DNA of 64,000 nt from Candidatus Uhrbacteria bacterium. Lineage in GTDB: Bacteria > Patescibacteriota > Patescibacteriia > UBA9934. Shown here in pieces: positions 59,962-64,000 of this stretch. Position 1 is the first letter of the stretch; each line of letters begins with the position of its first letter. The notes under the pieces were generated by a model. The model was not told where the DNA came from, did not search any database, and saw only the letters and a list, made by a program, of their open reading frames with translations. The stretch is taken from assembly GCA_018664485.1 (NCBI GenBank), contig JABJOE010000006.1, positions 71,294-135,293 of the forward strand. Direction: 5' to 3'. Made by a program: the position numbers and the translations under genes.

Positions 59962-60984
59962 GTGCGTTATCATAAGGAGGATATGAAAGTTGGGAAAAGT
60001 ATAGACGCCTACGCAACACTCGTTGAGCGCGCGTGGACCACAACTTGGAACCATAAAGAATGGTGGATCGTAGCAGCCGTTGCAGGACTTGCAAATACGG
60101 GTGGTGTTTTTTCGAGTGTCTTCAATACTTTCTGGCATCTCCGACCTGCCGACACAATCTCTGCTGACACAATCGTTGACGTGTTCCCTATCGTTGGATG
60201 GTTCCTCGCGTACGTTCGAAACATGATCGCGCTTGATACCGGCGACCGGTTAATATCCGTTGGAATCCTTATAGTTGTACTACTCGCGATCCTAATCGCT
60301 ATCGTTACCTGCCAGCATCTTCTACTTCGCGCTATCAAAAAGGGACACAAGAAGACACAGGAATTCACAAGAAAGAACATCAAGAAGGACTTGAGTCACA
60401 TCCACATTGCACGGCTATTTTCCGTTGATGCATTTTTCAGCCTTTCACTTACACTTCTTGTAACAGGGTCTGCAATCCCACTATCACTTTTGCTTACTGA
60501 CTACGTCGGAGTAAACCTATTCTTGTACGCCGGCATCTACTCGATCATTCTACCTATCGCATTCCTTGTGAATATAGTAGGTATGATGGCGCTTATATTT
60601 ATCAGTCAAAAAGACCTCTCACTTTTCAGTGCACTACGAGAAGGCCTATACATAACACAAAAGCACTGGCTCTCAGCGCTTGAACTTTCCCTTGTACTAT
60701 TTTTTATCAACATGGTCGCAAGTATTATATTTTTCTTCTTCCTATTTATCGTAGCGATCGGAGCGGGCCTACTATTTGAACTCGCTTTTGCAGCAAACGC
60801 CTACCTCCTGATGTCTATCATCACTTTTGTCGGAATCCTTCTTGCAGGGGCTGTCGTCGTGATCTACGCCGGAGCAATCACAATGTTTAACTACAGCGTC
60901 TGGAGTGGCTACGCAAAGCTCGTACGTCGTGCTAAGCACTCACCTATCATGGAATACACGTTTAGACTGTTTTCCCGTTCATAG
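59962..60984 (+). CDS. Hypothetical polytopic membrane protein
   Basis: 340 aa, ~7 TM helices. Confidence 0.5.
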   Translation: MRYHKEDMKVGKSIDAYATLVERAWTTTWNHKEWWIVAAVAGLANTGGVFSSVFNTFWHLRPADTISADTIVDVFPIVGWFLAYVRNMIALDTGDRLISVGILIVVLLAILIAIVTCQHLLLRAIKKGHKKTQEFTRKNIKKDLSHIHIARLFSVDAFFSLSLTLLVTGSAIPLSLLLTDYVGVNLFLYAGIYSIILPIAFLVNIVGMMALIFISQKDLSLFSALREGLYITQKHWLSALELSLVLFFINMVASIIFFFFLFIVAIGAGLLFELAFAANAYLLMSIITFVGILLAGAVVVIYAGAITMFNYSVWSGYAKLVRRAKHSPIMEYTFRLFSRS

Positions 60985-61100
60985 CGACCATTGGTCGATT
61001 AAGGAACACCCTACACTGGTCGAAAAAACGTTTGCGCGTTAAACTAGGAGCATCAAGCCTCACTTTGCGGTGGCTATAGTAATGATTTTTAGTCTACCCT

Positions 61101-62879
61101 ATGTCTGGTGATCTACCGTCAATTGAAGATTTATTGAAAAAGTCTGCATCGCAAGGTGGAGACGGCGACGCTGTTGCGGCACCTGATGAGGACATAGTGG
61201 TTCCCGTTAAAAAGTCTCACGAGGACATGACTACCGAGGAGCTTCTCGACGAGAAGATGGGAAAGATGGACCTCAAGTCAAAAGAGCAAGAGGCATTAGC
61301 TATGTCTGCCACAGCTGGTGTTCCCTACGTCGACTTAAAAGGGTTCGCGATTAGTGCAGACGCCATTTCTCTTATCCCTCAGAAACGTGCAGAAGAGCTC
61401 AAGGCTGTTGTTTTTCTACATACCGGTCCTGAGTTACGTCTTGGTGCAGTTGATCCGGCTAATGAGGAGGTAAAGCAAGTACTTCACGAGCTTACTGAAC
61501 GCTACAAGACAAACGGTGAGTTGTACCAGATCTCACAAGAATCTTTGGACAAGGCGATAAAGCTATACGCTGCCCTTCCGCAGATTCGCGTCATCGTTAA
61601 AGGTGTCCAGATCAAAAAAGAGGAACTCGAGGCATATCAAGAAAAGATGAATAGCTTTGCCGATATACAAGCGATCTTGGACGGTGCGAGTATTACAGAT
61701 ATTCTTTCAATCGTTACAGCGGCATCCCTTAAACTTGGTTCGTCAGACATCCACATTGAAGCTGAAGAGAAAGAAATCGCAGTACGCTTGCGAGTGGACG
61801 GAATTCTACAAGACGTTGCAAGTATCGATAAAGCTCAGTGGAAGAAAATCATCAACCGAATCAAGCTCATCGCAGGGCTTAAAATGAATATCAACGATCG
61901 TCCTCAAGATGGTCGCTTCACAATTTTTCAAAAAGGTAAAAAGATCGACGTTCGTACATCTACCCTTCCAACTGCATGGGGAGAATCGGTAGTTATGCGT
62001 ATTTTGAATCCCGATTCTATCAAGCTTAAGTTTGAAGACCTCGGTTTCCGGCCAGCTTCACTCAAACGCTTACTGTCAGAGATTAGTAAGCCCCATGGAA
62101 TGATCGTTACAACCGGTCCAACTGGATCTGGTAAAACGACAACGCTGTATGCGATCCTTACAAAGCTCAACGAGCCTGACGTAAAAATCATCACGCTCGA
62201 GGATCCGATTGAGTACAAACTCGCAGGTGTAAACCAGAGTCAGATCAACCACTCAAACGACTACACGTTCGCAAAAGGACTACGATCTATCTTGCGTCAG
62301 GACCCGGACATCGTTCTAGTGGGTGAGATCCGTGACCTTGAAACAGCAGAGACCGCAATTCAGGCAGCGCTTACCGGTCACCTTCTACTCTCCACAATCC
62401 ATACCAACGATGCGGCCGGAGCAATCCCTCGATTTACTTCAATGGGTGTGAAACCGTTTTTACTAGCGCCTGCAATTAACGCGATCATGGGTCAGCGTCT
62501 TGCGCGTCGACTATGTCAGGAATGCAAAAAGCCGACAGAGATCGAAGCGGAACTTCTCGTGAAGGTTAAAGAACTACTCGACACAATCCCTGAAAGTTCC
62601 GGGGAGCAAAAAGTAGATACAACCAAGCTTCAGTTCTTCGGCCCTGGAGGGTGTGATAAATGTAATGATACTGGCTATAAAGGTCGAGTCGGGCTCTATG
62701 AGATCCTCACAAAAGACGCAGAGATTGAGAAGTTTATCCTAAGTGGTGAGATTTCAGAGTACAAAGTTCGAGAAGTGGCGGCAGCGCAGGGTATGGTCTT
62801 CATGGCTCAAGACGGCCTATTGAAGGCACTGGAAGGTCAAACATCTGTGGCGGAAATAAAACGAGTAACTGGGATGTAA
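61101..62879 (+). CDS. pilB: Type IV pilus assembly / type II secretion ATPase (PilB/GspE family)
   Basis: 592 aa; N-terminal T2SSE_N domain, GPTGSGKTTTL Walker A, Asp box, His box, CxxC..CxxC zinc tetracysteine. Confidence 0.92.
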   Translation: MSGDLPSIEDLLKKSASQGGDGDAVAAPDEDIVVPVKKSHEDMTTEELLDEKMGKMDLKSKEQEALAMSATAGVPYVDLKGFAISADAISLIPQKRAEELKAVVFLHTGPELRLGAVDPANEEVKQVLHELTERYKTNGELYQISQESLDKAIKLYAALPQIRVIVKGVQIKKEELEAYQEKMNSFADIQAILDGASITDILSIVTAASLKLGSSDIHIEAEEKEIAVRLRVDGILQDVASIDKAQWKKIINRIKLIAGLKMNINDRPQDGRFTIFQKGKKIDVRTSTLPTAWGESVVMRILNPDSIKLKFEDLGFRPASLKRLLSEISKPHGMIVTTGPTGSGKTTTLYAILTKLNEPDVKIITLEDPIEYKLAGVNQSQINHSNDYTFAKGLRSILRQDPDIVLVGEIRDLETAETAIQAALTGHLLLSTIHTNDAAGAIPRFTSMGVKPFLLAPAINAIMGQRLARRLCQECKKPTEIEAELLVKVKELLDTIPESSGEQKVDTTKLQFFGPGGCDKCNDTGYKGRVGLYEILTKDAEIEKFILSGEISEYKVREVAAAQGMVFMAQDGLLKALEGQTSVAEIKRVTGM

Positions 62880-62926
62880 TTGGCTAAAATAAGCGAAATT
62901 ACCGAATAAATTATGTAAATCGATAC

Positions 62927-62955
62927 TTGACAAAAGTGTCGATTTATGTTATTCT
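62927..62955 (+). promoter_or_regulatory. Strong sigma70-type promoter TTGACA-17-TGtTATTCT, flanked by inverted repeat AAATCGATA..GTCGATTT
   Basis: cttgacaaaagtgtcgatttatgttattct; extended -10 TG. Confidence 0.6.
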
Positions 62956-62961
62956 TTAAGG

Positions 62962-63113
62962 GTCAAAAGTTCACAACTTAATCTGGAGAGAGCCTGAGAT
63001 GCGCAGGTAAAAACGCATCAAAGCCCATGTAGGAGTAATTCCCTACATAGGTATTGAATACGGATGATTCTTCGTCTCTCGCTTTGAGATTAAGATTCAT
63101 CCGTATTTTTTGT
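62962..63113 (+). ncRNA. Candidate ~150-nt structured RNA (sRNA or attenuating leader) ending in an intrinsic terminator
   Basis: Hairpins GATGCG..CGCATC (62998-63019), ATGTAGG..CCTACAT (63027-63048), and terminator ACGGATGATTC..GATTCATCCGT plus ATTTTTTGT (63060-63113). Confidence 0.45.
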
Positions 63114-63215
63114 AAGGATATGGGACCCGCCATGCAATGCGTTACACAACGTATGCAGCGCGGGCTTCAAATCAAAGACAAGAATCAAAACCTCACCCAA
63201 AGCCCTGGAGACAAT

Positions 63216-63527
63216 ATGGGACTCGAAAACCTTCTCGCCTTCGTCGTACTCCTTACTGGAGGACTGTTCCTCCTGGTGCTGATCGCGTTTGCGATGCTGA
63301 CCATTCTCGGACTTGGCCTCCTTTGCCTGGTAGTGCTCATGGCCGGTGTGATCTTCTCAATCGCAATGCCTTTGGCAGCCTTCATTGCTACCGTATGCAC
63401 CATCGTGATGGGATTCTATTTCCTCCGGTACATCTGGTCTAGCAGTGAGATCAAGGTAGCGAATGCGCGAGCTAATGTGCCAGTCGCAGCGACGCCCGCT
63501 ACCCCAGCGGTTGCCGCGGCCGCCTAG
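63216..63527 (+). CDS. Small hydrophobic membrane protein (104 aa, 3 TM) with Ala/Pro-rich tail
   Basis: GGAGA RBS before MGLENLLAF..; GC-rich. Confidence 0.5.
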   Translation: MGLENLLAFVVLLTGGLFLLVLIAFAMLTILGLGLLCLVVLMAGVIFSIAMPLAAFIATVCTIVMGFYFLRYIWSSSEIKVANARANVPVAATPATPAVAAAA

Positions 63528-63579
63528 CTTCTACACAACTTCTTACTCCCCGTGATTGAAAATCACTGGGGACCCACCA

Positions 63580-63924
63580 ATGAACATGACTCGATCGTGT
63601 CCATCGGCGGGATTAACAACCTCCCGAACGGCAGTAATGCCAAGGACACCCATGCCCATGCTCCTCGCCGCCCTCGCCATCATTGCTGGCGTCGCCGCTT
63701 TCCGAACCTGGAGTGAGTTCCTCACTCGCAACTACGTGTGGAGGAATTTTACCTCCGTCACGATCTGCATCGCCGCGTTTGCGGCATTCCTCTCCCTCAT
63801 CCATTTCGATGGAAAGGCAGCGATCCACATGCTCACCGCCGTCCCGGGAACCGTCCTGCTCGGTGTCTGCATGGCCGAGATCTCGTCTAAGTGGTTGACC
63901 CCGAGCAACCCTGCGACAACCTGA
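63580..63924 (+). CDS. Small membrane protein, first of two tandem paralogs (MNMTRSCPSAG..)
   Basis: Start context GGACCCACCAATGAACATG repeats at 63951-63993 before a third truncated copy (MNMIRSCASVG..) running off the window. Confidence 0.5.
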   Translation: MNMTRSCPSAGLTTSRTAVMPRTPMPMLLAALAIIAGVAAFRTWSEFLTRNYVWRNFTSVTICIAAFAAFLSLIHFDGKAAIHMLTAVPGTVLLGVCMAEISSKWLTPSNPATT

Positions 63925-64000
63925 AACGTCGTCCCCGCGATCGAATTCGCGGGGTCCACCAATGAACATGATTAGATCGTGTGCATCGGTGGGAATCCTT

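Noticed and set aside
63054-63215. ORF track start at 63054 for the first small membrane protein (MNTDDSSSLALRL..)
   Set aside because: The first ~54 codons run through the structured leader and its terminator hairpin. The internal ATG at 63216 has a GGAGA RBS and begins the hydrophobic core.

Overview
The window is a 64 kb chromosomal segment dominated by core translation genes. Most genes are on the minus strand; none of the long ORFs read through a stop codon, so the standard genetic code appears to apply. The window opens with the 3' part of the S10 ribosomal-protein cluster (rplP start, rpsC, rplV, rpsS, rplB, rplW, rplD, rplC, rpsJ). That runs into a str-like block, rpsL-rpsG-fusA-tuf, which is interrupted between fusA and tuf by a two-gene insert. 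Downstream are a 2648-aa secreted tandem-repeat surface protein, an M50 protease, murA, ndk, a split ComEC, an MFS transporter, leuS, a LOG-family protein, gdh, trxB-trxA, infB, a type-IV-pilin-like protein, truB, rny, hup, a short bacterial-type proS, a Znu-like ABC transporter, tRNA-Arg(TCG), rnc, nusB, rpmF, gyrA, an S1-domain protein, ftsH and a PilB/GspE ATPase. The gene content suggests, by inference, a small-genome Patescibacteria/CPR-like (possibly Saccharibacteria-like) bacterium. That content is the giant repeat surface protein, type IV pilus and competence genes, RNase Y, the short ProRS, and lysine-rich tails on ribosomal proteins. Bulk GC looks roughly 45-48 percent by eye, with several GC-richer islets carrying orphan ORFs. 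The observations I rate most interesting, all unverified by any search: (1) leuS carries a ~180-aa insertion, directly before the CP1 editing domain, that looks like an RBBP9/YdeN-type alpha/beta serine hydrolase with an intact Ser-Asp-His triad. (2) A multi-copy structured RNA element of ~90-110 nt (nested helices around a CGTAC-loop-GTACG hairpin, with compensatory changes between copies) sits in the leuS leader, the tRNA-Arg leader, the rplC-rpsJ spacer, an 800-bp orphan intergenic region, and possibly the proS leader. (3) A GC-rich islet between rpmF and gyrA encodes a degenerate GGDEF/Cas10-palm-like protein (GGDEL) with a 48-aa upstream ORF, divergent from a 160-aa orphan. (4) A strong promoter drives a ~150-nt structured, terminated RNA upstream of tandem paralogous small membrane-protein genes. 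(5) The znuA operator palindrome and a palindrome upstream of rny share the half-site TAAACGCA. No rRNA, CRISPR array, transposase or integrase was seen.
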